Below the pieces are notes generated by a model, which did not search any database, was not told where the DNA came from, and saw only the letters and a program-made list of their open reading frames with translations. Positions 35,565-43,917 of a stretch of 46,734 nt of DNA are shown piece after piece (within the stretch, counting starts at the first letter, position 1; each line of letters starts with the position of its first letter). The stretch is from a virus (lineage: Duplodnaviria; Caudoviricetes): the IMG/VR virus record IMGVR_UViG_3300011335_000727, positions 1-46,734 of that record; one strand, given 5' to 3'. A program made the position numbers and the translations under genes.

Positions 35565-35854
35565 GCTGCGGCCTTCGCTGCTTTCTTCTTGGCGTAGTAC
35601 TTGCGGGCATAGGCGGCTTTAACTGCACGTACCGCCTCGGCCTGCACCTTTGTCAGCTTCTTTGGCTTGGGTGCTGTCTTCACCTCGGGCTTGGGTGTCA
35701 CCACTGGCCGGCGCACCGCGTTGTGCAGGATCGTCACTCCGCTCTTCAAGGCGTCGACCTCCATGCGTGCGCTCCTCAGCATGACCTGCAGGTGCAGGTT
35801 GGCAGTCTCAAGCTCGTTGAGGCGGCGGAATACGTTTAGTTGTTTCATGTCCAT
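35561..35854 (-). CDS. Basic coiled-coil protein
   Basis: Start 35854 with AGGAG RBS; Lys/Ala-rich tail YARKYYAKKK. Confidence 0.6.
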   Translation of the reverse strand: MDMKQLNVFRRLNELETANLHLQVMLRSARMEVDALKSGVTILHNAVRRPVVTPKPEVKTAPKPKKLTKVQAEAVRAVKAAYARKYYAKKKAAKAAA

Positions 35855-35900
35855 TTGCTTCTCCTGTTGGTTTGTTGTGGGGGCCGAAGCCCCCGGTTGA

Positions 35901-36866
35901 TTAAACTGCCAGCACAGCGTCCAGTGCACGCTGCTTGAGGTCCGCGCCCGGGCCCCACTGCGATGACACGAAGCGGTTCTCATGCGTACGTGCCCGTGAG
36001 AACCAGTCCGCGTACTCAGTCACGGCGTTGATGTAGCCCCATGCAGAGCCATTCACGCCGTCGAAGTCCGCCCCCTTTGCCTGCCCTTGGAACAGGTCGA
36101 GGATCTTGTTGTACCCTGCTGTGGCGTACACCTTGTCGCCTCCCCCGAGGAGGTCCGCGGTCATCGTCTCTGCAGCCTCGAGCATGACGGGCTTGTTAGC
36201 CAGCCGCACCACTTGATGCTTGAACGCCTCCCACGCCGCCTCGTTGAGCCCCATGAACTCCTTCACGGCTGCGGGGTCGAACACCGACTTGTGCGTCACC
36301 TTGATCGAGGCCGGCGCATCCTTCATCGCCATTGCCAGCGTGTTGGAGCACACCGTACGCACCGTCGTGCGCCGTGCCTCGGTAGCCAGCGAACCATCCG
36401 CGCTGGTGCTGAGAAGCAGGTATCCACCGATCTTGTCCCGTACACTGGTCGGACTTGCCTCCCCGATCTTGGCTGTCGCCCAGAACCGCCGGCCTCCGTA
36501 GATGGTGCCCGCTGCACTCAACTCCAGCCCCCCCGCGCGAGCAATGTCGCGGAAGAACTCGATCACCTCGCTGGGCTGCACCACCTTGTACTTCTCGGAC
36601 ACGAGTCCGAGAGCCTTCTTGCTGTCCGAGCGGAACAGCACGTGCTGGTCAGCCATCTCCTCAAACACAGCGCCCTCGTCGCGGGAGACAGCGTAGCGCA
36701 CCTTGCTGCGCTGGATGCGCCAGTCCATGCCCGACTGCTTGCGCCACTCCTCGATGCTTGCCCCCATAGGCATCGGCTGACCAAGGCCATGCCACGGCAG
36801 GCCGTCCTGCTCGAGGTATGCGAATTCGACTTGACCGTCTTGATTGATGCTAAGTTCGTGTGCCAT
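35901..36866 (-). CDS. DUF932 (phage/plasmid LGT-associated) protein
   Basis: PWHGLG, YKVVQP, AGTIYGGRRFW, SADGS, RTVCSNTL, AWG..NAVTEY.D motifs. Confidence 0.85.
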   Translation of the reverse strand: MAHELSINQDGQVEFAYLEQDGLPWHGLGQPMPMGASIEEWRKQSGMDWRIQRSKVRYAVSRDEGAVFEEMADQHVLFRSDSKKALGLVSEKYKVVQPSEVIEFFRDIARAGGLELSAAGTIYGGRRFWATAKIGEASPTSVRDKIGGYLLLSTSADGSLATEARRTTVRTVCSNTLAMAMKDAPASIKVTHKSVFDPAAVKEFMGLNEAAWEAFKHQVVRLANKPVMLEAAETMTADLLGGGDKVYATAGYNKILDLFQGQAKGADFDGVNGSAWGYINAVTEYADWFSRARTHENRFVSSQWGPGADLKQRALDAVLAV

Positions 36867-36908
36867 TTAAATACTCCAGAAAAGTTAATAAGAAAGAACG
36901 CGGTAACG

Positions 36909-36948
36909 AGAATACCACAGATTCCTGACCGCTAACAGAAACCTGTGG
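36909..36948 (-). promoter_or_regulatory. Putative extended -10 promoter (TGGTATTCT) overlapped by a 13-bp imperfect inverted repeat
   Basis: TATTCT at 36909-36914; CCACAGGTTTCTG/CAGGAATCTGTGG at 36915-36948; upstream of DUF932. Confidence 0.4.
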
Positions 36949-36956
36949 GGATTTTT

Positions 36957-37148
36957 TTAGATCGCGGGGCTGATCAGCCACGATGGGCCGAGTCGGTTAC
37001 GCACTTGGCGCAGCAGATGTCCGTTGGGCTCGCTGGCGTCGGTGCCGTCCAGCCACGCGTTCAGTAGCTTGTACTTCCAGTAGTCCCCGTGCTTGGCCTT
37101 GTAGGCCAGCAGCGCCTCAAGCTGCTCGGGGGTGGGTGTCTTTTTCAT
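36957..37148 (-). CDS. Small hypothetical early protein
   Basis: 63 aa; AAGGAG RBS. Confidence 0.65.
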   Translation of the reverse strand: MKKTPTPEQLEALLAYKAKHGDYWKYKLLNAWLDGTDASEPNGHLLRQVRNRLGPSWLISPAI

Positions 37149-37178
37149 ACTGTCTCCTTGGTTGGTTGTTTGATTTCT

Positions 37179-37520
37179 TTAGATAGCTGGGATGTCCGGG
37201 CGCAGCCAGTCGCTTGGTTTGAATTCCCGAATGATCATCATGAAGCTGCCGAGGTACCAGATGCCCCCCTGTGAAAGGGGCCGGTCTATCGTGGCTGTTT
37301 GGCTGAAGTCAACGATGCACCACACCCTGTCCCCGCCTTGCCTCAGATGTGGGGCGATGGGCTTGCTGCACACGTGCCAGCCCGGGCGGTGTGCGTAGCC
37401 CTTGGTCGGGTGATCCTCGGCTTCGTATACCGTGCCCGGTACCAGCTTCAGGCGTTTGTTGATGAACAGCGGGCCGTATGTCCCGTCCTTGCGCTTGCGA
37501 AAGAGTTTGTATCCGATCAT
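37179..37520 (-). CDS. Hypothetical early protein
   Basis: 113 aa; YKLFR...PLFI...RPGWH...PHL family; GAGG RBS. Confidence 0.65.
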   Translation of the reverse strand: MIGYKLFRKRKDGTYGPLFINKRLKLVPGTVYEAEDHPTKGYAHRPGWHVCSKPIAPHLRQGGDRVWCIVDFSQTATIDRPLSQGGIWYLGSFMMIIREFKPSDWLRPDIPAI

Positions 37521-37714
37521 GCTGGCACCTCGTCATGTAGGCCCAGCCACAACTCTGCCGAGAGGATGTCCCCCATCAGCCACCAGCCCACATCCCGGGC
37601 GTTGGGCATGAGCCCATATACGTGGACTTCGTCGTCTCGGGTGATCCGATACTGACCTGTGCCAAATTTGGCACGTAGGGCAGCGCGTAAGGTTTCGCGA
37701 GGTATTGTTTTCAT
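37517..37714 (-). CDS. Hypothetical early protein
   Basis: Start MKTIPRE at 37714 with TGGAG RBS. Confidence 0.6.
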   Translation of the reverse strand: MKTIPRETLRAALRAKFGTGQYRITRDDEVHVYGLMPNARDVGWWLMGDILSAELWLGLHDEVPA

Positions 37715-37802
37715 GGTTTCATACTCCAAAAGTACCAGATGAATGGCGCTGCGTAGAGTGCAGCGCCGAGGATTGCTTGGGTGAGTCCCCACAGGAAGGC
37801 TT

Positions 37803-37994
37803 TCATGCGTTGTCCTTTGCCGCCCATTTGTCGGCTGTCCAGAGCGCGTCTTGCTTGTCGTCGGTGTGGTAGTCCGCCTCGGTGAGGTGCTTGCCCGTGC
37901 CCAAGTAGAACTTGACGCGGTACTCGTTCCAGTCACTGTCACGGTACACCTTGGCGTATACCCTCGGGCCTGCATAGGTTGCGATAAGTCTCAT
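37803..37994 (-). CDS. Hypothetical early protein
   Basis: Start MRLIAT at 37994; KVYRDSDWNEYRV...DYHTDDKQDA family pattern. Confidence 0.6.
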   Translation of the reverse strand: MRLIATYAGPRVYAKVYRDSDWNEYRVKFYLGTGKHLTEADYHTDDKQDALWTADKWAAKDNA

Positions 37995-38167
37995 TTCAAT
38001 GTTCCAATCATGATTGGGGTTTGGTTGGCGATGTCCGGTGTGATGAGGAACGGCACATCGAAGTCGGTCATGGTCTCCATGAACTCTCGGGCTTTCACCC
38101 GTGATGTGAACGTAGCCACGACTCGGTTGGCGTAGTACACCGTATATGTCCAGCGTTTCTTTTTCAT
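37991..38167 (-). CDS. Small hypothetical protein (58 aa)
   Basis: Manual translation MKKKRWTYTVYYANRVVATF...; GGAGG RBS; ATGA overlaps. Confidence 0.5.
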   Translation of the reverse strand: MKKKRWTYTVYYANRVVATFTSRVKAREFMETMTDFDVPFLITPDIANQTPIMIGTLK

Positions 38168-38331
38168 GCTTCCTCCACATCTTCAATGGACTCGACGCTC
38201 CAGAACCCCTCCTCGCGGGGGTTGGTGCGCTCTAACTCCGCCCACGCCTTGGTTTCCGCCTCGTCGGGGTTGTCTGCCTCAATGGTGTAAGTCACGTAGG
38301 ACTCACGCTTCAATTCAACTTCGAAAAACAT
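38164..38331 (-). CDS. Small acidic protein (DpnD/PcfM-like)
   Basis: Manual translation MFFEVELKRESYVTYTIEADNPDEAETKAW...; TGGAG RBS. Confidence 0.55.
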   Translation of the reverse strand: MFFEVELKRESYVTYTIEADNPDEAETKAWAELERTNPREEGFWSVESIEDVEEA

Positions 38332-38376
38332 ATCGATCTCCAGTTAACTGCCGGTGAACCGCACCGGCTACGGGTT

Positions 38377-39081
38377 TTACTGAAAGTGCACAGCACCGCT
38401 GCCGTGCACGGGTATGGCGATGCTCTTGGCCTTGACCGAGGTGCCTCCGCACAGCAGACAGGTCTCGCATGTCGCCTTGTAGCCGGCCTCCTTGCTGGCT
38501 GGGCACAGCACCTCGTGAGTGCGGTCAATCTCGCTGACATCCCGCACCACACGGAACGTGCGGTGATTGCTGGCCCATGCCTGCTGCGCCTGCTGCAGCG
38601 TGTCCGCGCTGACCATGTAGATGGCCGGGTCGCCATCGTTGTGGCTGTAGGCGGTGTGCCCGTCAGCCTCGGACAGTAGCTCGTCCCACACGTAGCGTGG
38701 GGCTGCCGCGCCGTCGCCGTACGTGCCGATGCGCACGTTGCGCTTGCGTCCGACAGTGCGTGGGCTTGCCACTGGGTACTTGCCTGCGATGAACGCGTCG
38801 AACACGATCAGCACGCCTTGGCCCATGTTCACGTAACACGTGCGCCCCTCGGCCAGCTTCTTGAGCGGGTCAAAGGTCGGCGTGCCGCGGTGCCGGCACT
38901 GGCCGCAGATCGACTCGTCCTCGCCGTACTTGTTAGCGTCACGCGGGTCGATGTCCGAGCGCAGGATGTAGGTCTGCAGCATGTCGCCAGTCTTGCGATT
39001 GGCGCTTGACCACACTGCGATGACCACGATGGGCTTGCCGTCGAAAAGCGACGGGCCCTGATAGAGAATTGCTCCGGGCAT
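38377..39081 (-). CDS. Cys-rich protein of the phage gp88-like (radical-SAM-related) family
   Basis: Start MPGAIL at 39081; NRKTG, CGQC...CYV, RIGTYGD, AYSH, CPAS...CETCLLC, IPVHG. Confidence 0.6.
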   Translation of the reverse strand: MPGAILYQGPSLFDGKPIVVIAVWSSANRKTGDMLQTYILRSDIDPRDANKYGEDESICGQCRHRGTPTFDPLKKLAEGRTCYVNMGQGVLIVFDAFIAGKYPVASPRTVGRKRNVRIGTYGDGAAAPRYVWDELLSEADGHTAYSHNDGDPAIYMVSADTLQQAQQAWASNHRTFRVVRDVSEIDRTHEVLCPASKEAGYKATCETCLLCGGTSVKAKSIAIPVHGSGAVHFQ

Positions 39082-39129
39082 GATGTACTCCTGAAAGAAA
39101 ATGCCGGTGAACCGCACCGGCTACGGGTT

Positions 39130-39321
39130 TTACTTAGGCTGATGGTCAGCGTCGGGTCTGAGCGCGATGTCCCCTGTCCGCTTGCAGTATTCGAAGCACT
39201 GCTCGGCTGTCTCAAAGGTCATCAAGCAGAGATGCCCCTTCGGGTTGTAGCAGCGCCACTTGGTTGGGTGTGTCAGCTTCGGCAGTGGTTTGCCGGGGCG
39301 CTCTTGGTGCCATGTGGGCAT
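39130..39321 (-). CDS. Hypothetical early protein (63 aa)
   Basis: Start MPTWHQ at 39321 with AAGGAG RBS; stop lies within the repeat. Confidence 0.6.
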   Translation of the reverse strand: MPTWHQERPGKPLPKLTHPTKWRCYNPKGHLCLMTFETAEQCFEYCKRTGDIALRPDADHQPK

Positions 39322-39331
39322 AATGTGCTCC

Positions 39332-39637
39332 TTATGTTGATGTCTTGCGTGCGTACACGCGGATTTGAAAGAACTTCTCACCCGTGCTCGAGTGAGCCCG
39401 GATAAGCTGCCTGCTGGGGTTGAAGTGCTGCGCGATCTGTGCCCAGTTGATCGTCTCCTTGCCTGCGCACTCGACAACGGTGGCGCGGTGCACACTGCTC
39501 TCGGCTGATGACACACCGCTCTCGATGAGTGTGCGCTTGCACTTGCCCTCTTCGATCTGCAGATCAGCGATCTGCCCTTTGATGAATGCGAGACGGTCGA
39601 CCGTGGCCGACAGGATGAGCGCTTGTTGATTGTCCAT
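39332..39637 (-). CDS. Hypothetical early protein
   Basis: 101 aa; VDRLAFIKGQIADL coiled coil; TGGAG RBS. Confidence 0.65.
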   Translation of the reverse strand: MDNQQALILSATVDRLAFIKGQIADLQIEEGKCKRTLIESGVSSAESSVHRATVVECAGKETINWAQIAQHFNPSRQLIRAHSSTGEKFFQIRVYARKTST

Positions 39638-39690
39638 GTGATACTCCAGAGAAACGAGGCTGAACCGCAGCCCCCACGGTGTGCCTATGA

Positions 39691-39939
39691 TTAGGCGAAA
39701 TACTCGTCGTGTATCCGCGCTTGGTCGGCGCGGGTCATCTTCTTCTCAAGCCACGGGGCTGGCCTGCCGCGCCTGTCACACACGGTGTAGTCGAACTCGG
39801 TGTACCCGTAGTAGTCCCAGTCGCTGTCCCCCCTCGGGTCAGGCGGCGTGACGCAGGCGTACTCCACACGTATGGTGCACGGGATGCCTGCGATCTTGGT
39901 GCCCATCAGGTCTCTGCGGATGTCGAAGACTTTCTTCAT
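39691..39939 (-). CDS. Hypothetical early protein
   Basis: IAGIPC...SDWDYYGY...DRRGRPAPWLE family; start at 39939 via ATGA overlap. Confidence 0.65.
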   Translation of the reverse strand: MKKVFDIRRDLMGTKIAGIPCTIRVEYACVTPPDPRGDSDWDYYGYTEFDYTVCDRRGRPAPWLEKKMTRADQARIHDEYFA

Positions 39940-40112
39940 ATCGTCACCGCCTTTTCTTGTATCCAATAGATGTACCCACGCCCCTCGTCGGCGTCTTTCA
40001 GCAGGCGCATGTCAGCCTCGGCCTTGACCTTATCGACGTACACGCCTTCGACCCAAGGTTTCTCTTCGTCGAGAACGCCATCCCCAATCCACAATAACCA
40101 TACGTATTTCAT
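39936..40112 (-). CDS. Small hypothetical protein (58 aa)
   Basis: Manual translation MKYVWLLWIGDGVLDEEKPWVEGVY...KAE; TGGAG RBS. Confidence 0.55.
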   Translation of the reverse strand: MKYVWLLWIGDGVLDEEKPWVEGVYVDKVKAEADMRLLKDADEGRGYIYWIQEKAVTI

Positions 40113-40182
40113 CGCTATCTCCAGAAAAGTCGGACAGATGTCCGAGAAATGCCGGTGAACCGCACCGGCACGGTGTGCCTGC

Positions 40183-40659
40183 TTAAGCGCAGACGATCTG
40201 CTTGGTCTCTTCGCGCACGACCCGCTCGGTCACGCCTGTCACAACTATCCGACATAGCGGACTGTCAGACTTGACATACGCGTAGATGCTCACGTGGATC
40301 ACGAAGTGGCTGTCATTGGGGGCCGGGACGCGCCGCTCGAAGTGGAAGTCCTTGTTGGGCGTGCTGTCCGTGTACTCGTTGACCCGTGCTGTCCACTCGC
40401 TGCCCATGAAGCGCTCGAGCAGAAAGGCCAGCTTGGACACCTTGAACGAGTCCAACTCGCGCAGCGACAGGTTCATGTACACGCAATCCCCGTAGGTACT
40501 CAGCGCCATGTTCACATCCTTGCGCTGGCGGCGCGGGAAGGACTCGAACGCTGCCTTGACGGCGGGGTGCTTGAGCAGCGCCACTCGAGCGGCTATCTTT
40601 TTCGCGGCGTCCCGCATATCGGCGGCGGATTTGGCTGCTTGCTTGGTGAATGTACTCAT
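40183..40659 (-). CDS. Hypothetical early protein
   Basis: Start MSTFTK at 40659 with AGGAG RBS; AYVKSDSPLCRIVVTG C-terminus. Confidence 0.65.
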   Translation of the reverse strand: MSTFTKQAAKSAADMRDAAKKIAARVALLKHPAVKAAFESFPRRQRKDVNMALSTYGDCVYMNLSLRELDSFKVSKLAFLLERFMGSEWTARVNEYTDSTPNKDFHFERRVPAPNDSHFVIHVSIYAYVKSDSPLCRIVVTGVTERVVREETKQIVCA

Positions 40660-40726
40660 CGAAAATCTCCTAGGTTTACACGGGGCTGGGCCGCAGCCCC
40701 CACGGTTTCTCGGAACGCGTTCCGAG

Positions 40727-41557
40727 TTATTCTTTGTATGCATGCCCTTTGACAGCGTTCAGCCTGTCTATGCTGTCCTGATTCGGCGCTACGTACCCGT
40801 CCATGACGAGTGGCCGCGCCTTGTTGATCAGCATGGGCGATGCGTTCATGCGCTTGTGAACGTCCGCGGGCACCTCAGACCATAGGTTTTGGAGGCGCGT
40901 CATGGTCGGCGTGCCTGTCATGTCCTCCCACGTTGTCTCGGGCTCCATCCTCGCTTGGGTACGCGCATTGAGCGTGCACCGGGCTCGAAGGGCGGTCATG
41001 GTCTCCTGCAGCGCCAGCAGTGCGGTCAACAGCTTGTCCTGCCCGGGCTTGCCCGAGCCCCGTGTGTTGAAGTAGCTGATGCGCCTTGTTGTGATCTCTA
41101 ACTCATCCGCCAAGCGAGCCCTCACATGCCCCCACGGGGCGGCTTTCCACTTGTCCCATCGGTTCGCCACGGCTTGGCGCATCTTGGCGCTGGCCTTGGC
41201 ACGCTTCCTCTCAGCGTCGATCTTGACCCGGGCCAGCGATGCTTTGCCGTCGTACGCCGCCTTGTACATGTCGGGTATCGTCATGTCGTTGGGCTTGTAA
41301 TGCCCGGGCTGGCACTTGGTGCAGAACTTCGACTCGACTGTCACTACGCGCAGACCGCGCAGGGCGCGGGGTTGATCGTCCTGATTGCGCATGCCCTTGT
41401 ATCCCCGGGCCTCGGCTTGTGCCCTTGTCAGGGGCCGGCGAAAGTGCTTGGCGAGTTTGGTCTCGTGGCACTTGGCGCAACAGATGGCGTAGGCTGCCGT
41501 GATCTCCCAGCGTGTGGGGAAGGCCTCGTGGTAATCGAGGTAGTTTTCGTCGCTCAT
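40727..41557 (-). CDS. Basic Zn-finger-like protein
   Basis: Start MSDENY at 41557 with AGGA RBS; CAKC and CTKC pairs; Arg/Lys-rich. Confidence 0.6.
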   Translation of the reverse strand: MSDENYLDYHEAFPTRWEITAAYAICCAKCHETKLAKHFRRPLTRAQAEARGYKGMRNQDDQPRALRGLRVVTVESKFCTKCQPGHYKPNDMTIPDMYKAAYDGKASLARVKIDAERKRAKASAKMRQAVANRWDKWKAAPWGHVRARLADELEITTRRISYFNTRGSGKPGQDKLLTALLALQETMTALRARCTLNARTQARMEPETTWEDMTGTPTMTRLQNLWSEVPADVHKRMNASPMLINKARPLVMDGYVAPNQDSIDRLNAVKGHAYKE

Positions 41558-41579
41558 GGTGTGTCCTATGAAAAAAGAA

Positions 41580-41960
41580 ACAATCATAGCACACGTTTTA
41601 TAAACTACCCAGCGTTCAAGGTCAGGTTTCAGGGGTAGGGGCCGGTGAATCGGCCTTATGAATCAACGACTTAGCGCATCGCGGAGCCGATGTCTACCAA
41701 TTTTCAGACTATCTTCACTTACCAAACGCTTCGTTTTCTTTTTTCTTTTCCGCTGCGGGAAAAGTCGGAACTGGTTCCGAGAAAATAAAAACAAAAGAAT
41801 TTCTCCCTATATATATAAATCTTATATAGGTTAGTAGTAGTAGTAGAGCAAAAATGTTGTTGATTCATAACGCTTTTTTTGGCGGCCGCTACCTACGCAC
41901 AGTGGGGGCAAACGGTGGGTAGAATTTTTTTGACCTTTTTATAGTGTGAAATGCCGTTGC
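41580..41960. other. AT-rich non-coding region with an IHF-consensus site; candidate replication origin
   Basis: AATCAACGACTTA (41661-41673) matches WATCAANNNNTTR; (TA)n and (TAG)n tracts; 12-bp inverted repeat. Confidence 0.45.
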
Positions 41961-42060
41961 ACCAAATGAAATGCCCGAAAAGTCCACCGCGCACGGCGGA
42001 TTGTTACACTGGTCGTTCATGCCATAGGCCCCTGTCACGGGCCTACAGGCTGACTAGACC

Positions 42061-42240
42061 TTAGAAGTCGGCGGTATGCACTACGGGCTCGCCAGCACGC
42101 TCAGCGAGCATCACAGTGACCATGTGCGCCTTGGACTTGGCGGGCTTGAATACCGCCACTGCTTTTTGCATCGCCTCATAGGACGAGACGGCATAGACCT
42201 CGATGCGCTTGCCGTTGAAGAACGCGACGTAGCCGTTCAT
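42061..42240 (-). CDS. Small conserved early phage protein (59 aa)
   Basis: MNGYVAFFNGKRIEVYA.SSYEA..KA pattern; ATGA overlap. Confidence 0.65.
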   Translation of the reverse strand: MNGYVAFFNGKRIEVYAVSSYEAMQKAVAVFKPAKSKAHMVTVMLAERAGEPVVHTADF

Positions 42241-42467
42241 ACCTTGATCCACTTGCATCCGTAGACGCCGGGGAAGTACTCGTTGCCCGGGGCCATGCGT
42301 ATCCGCCCGGTGCTGTTGGACTTGTGGGGAGGCCGTCCGTCGCGCACCATTTCCTTCTCGCCACGGAAGTCGGTCAGCACTTGCCCCCGTTCGACGCTCT
42401 TCTGCGTCACCTCGTCGATCAGCAGCCACAGCTTGCCGTCGTACCCGATACCTTTGATTTGATCCAT
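42237..42467 (-). CDS. Hypothetical early protein
   Basis: Start MDQIKG at 42467 (TGGAGTACATCATG); DFRGE...PPHK..STGR...EYFPGV. Confidence 0.65.
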   Translation of the reverse strand: MDQIKGIGYDGKLWLLIDEVTQKSVERGQVLTDFRGEKEMVRDGRPPHKSNSTGRIRMAPGNEYFPGVYGCKWIKV

Positions 42468-42532
42468 GATGTACTCCAAAAAGTCGGAACAAGTTCCGAG
42501 AAACGCCAGTGAACCGCACTGGCTACGGGTTT

Positions 42533-42874
42533 TTAGATGGCCCAGATTTTGGACTGGCTTGCCTTTGCGCCTTGATGGTCGAGGATACGGGCGCACAGGT
42601 TGATGACCAGCAAGTCGCGGTCTGGATGCTCACACGATTGGTAGTCGAGGCAGTTGAGCATTGCCGCTATGTCATGCCCGGTGAACGTGTTCAGGTCAGC
42701 CGCTTGGGCCATGTCACACTTGGTGACGCGGGTCTTCTCTTGGTAGCGGTGGTTGACGCTACGGATGTTCTCGCGCTTGAAATGGTTTGCTGCGTCCTGT
42801 GCCTGCCGTTTGTCTGCGAACAGTGCCGTGGCAATGGTGGCGATGTGCCGGTCTGTGCAAATGAATGCGCTCAT
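42533..42874 (-). CDS. Hypothetical early protein
   Basis: Start MSAFIC at 42874; EN.RSVN.RY...CLDYQSCE family. Confidence 0.7.
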   Translation of the reverse strand: MSAFICTDRHIATIATALFADKRQAQDAANHFKRENIRSVNHRYQEKTRVTKCDMAQAADLNTFTGHDIAAMLNCLDYQSCEHPDRDLLVINLCARILDHQGAKASQSKIWAI

Positions 42875-42961
42875 GATGTACTCCAGAAAAGTCGGAACAA
42901 AGTCCGAGAAAAGTGCGACGTTGCACTCCATAGGCCAGCACGCTGGCCTACAGACTACGCT

Positions 42962-43339
42962 TTACGCAAGCACTTCTTCGACCTCAATGAATCGAAGCCA
43001 ATAGTTGCGGCCACTGCAATTAACCATTACGCTGAGCCACGCAGCGTACCAGTCTGCATCAAGGCTTTCGCCCTGTGCAACCCACTCGGCAACGAACTGC
43101 CCGTTGTCTAGGCGGGCGAGGATGTTCCAACCGCCTTCGGCCTCTCCCGCTTCGGGGTCGGTTGGGGTGCAGGACAAGAACACGATTTCATTACCCCTCT
43201 CCCCTGCGCGGGAGTCCACGTAGAACCCGACGCCCAGCCCCGAGGCGCTGACTTGGCGCACCTCGGTATTGGGTGCGAGTAGGTGGCGCACGTGCGCCAT
43301 CAGTGCATACAGGTTGGTTTGATTGACTTTGTTGCTCAT
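42962..43339 (-). CDS. Hypothetical early protein
   Basis: Start MSNKVN at 43339 (TGGAGATACATCATG). Confidence 0.6.
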   Translation of the reverse strand: MSNKVNQTNLYALMAHVRHLLAPNTEVRQVSASGLGVGFYVDSRAGERGNEIVFLSCTPTDPEAGEAEGGWNILARLDNGQFVAEWVAQGESLDADWYAAWLSVMVNCSGRNYWLRFIEVEEVLA

Positions 43340-43482
43340 GATGTATCTCCAATAAGTGCAAGATCGCACTCCAATGCACACGGGCTCATAACACCGTGCA
43401 CATCAGGCTGAAACCGTGCAATCCACCCCATGCACAGGATCGCATGGGAGGATTACTGTCAAAAGTCGGAACTGATTCCGAC

Positions 43483-43917
43483 TTATTTTGCTTTGGCTGT
43501 GGCGATGGCCGATGCGCACAGCTTGCCAGCTTCCTTGTACTCATTGCACAGAGCCCACAGCTTTGCCGCCGCGGCAAGGATGTCGGCGGGCACATCCAGT
43601 TCGACCTTATCGGTCACAGTCGCAGTGATAACTGCGACGATTTTGTTGAGCCGCTTTGTAACGGCGGACACTTGCGATGCATCGCCTGTCAGGACTACGC
43701 GCCCTGTATCGGCCGTCTTGATGCTAACGCTATACGGGTTCTTAGCGCGGTTGTTGTAATACCCGACGACGATTGGACGAAGGGTTTTCTGTACGGTCTC
43801 TTTGTCGCAGCCCTTGAATTCCACTTGAAGCTGAGTGCAAGCTTCAAGTAGATCGTCACCCGCTTTGCAAGCATTAGCGGTAAGGGTAGCGATAGCGGAC
43901 ATGTTGAGTGATTTCAT
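43483..43917 (-). CDS. First early gene, hypothetical
   Basis: Start MKSLNM at 43917 (TGGAGTTCATCATG). Confidence 0.65.
   Translation of the reverse strand: MKSLNMSAIATLTANACKAGDDLLEACTQLQVEFKGCDKETVQKTLRPIVVGYYNNRAKNPYSVSIKTADTGRVVLTGDASQVSAVTKRLNKIVAVITATVTDKVELDVPADILAAAAKLWALCNEYKEAGKLCASAIATAKAK

Larger units (their letters stand above)
38350..42533 (-). repeat. Dispersed hairpin repeat, 6 copies (38350-38368, 39103-39121, 39656-39674, 40151-40169, 40682-40700, 42505-42523)
   Basis: Minus strand CCGT(A/G/-), 7-bp stem, CGGTT/CGGCC loop; compensatory stem changes; all copies intergenic. Confidence 0.85.

Noticed and set aside
38350-42533. Hairpin repeats as integron attC sites or N4-type virion RNA polymerase promoters
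   Set aside because: No RYYYAAC/GTTRRRY cores and no integrase; 5-nt loops differ from N4 hairpin promoters, and I recognised no RNA polymerase motifs in the 2610-aa protein.
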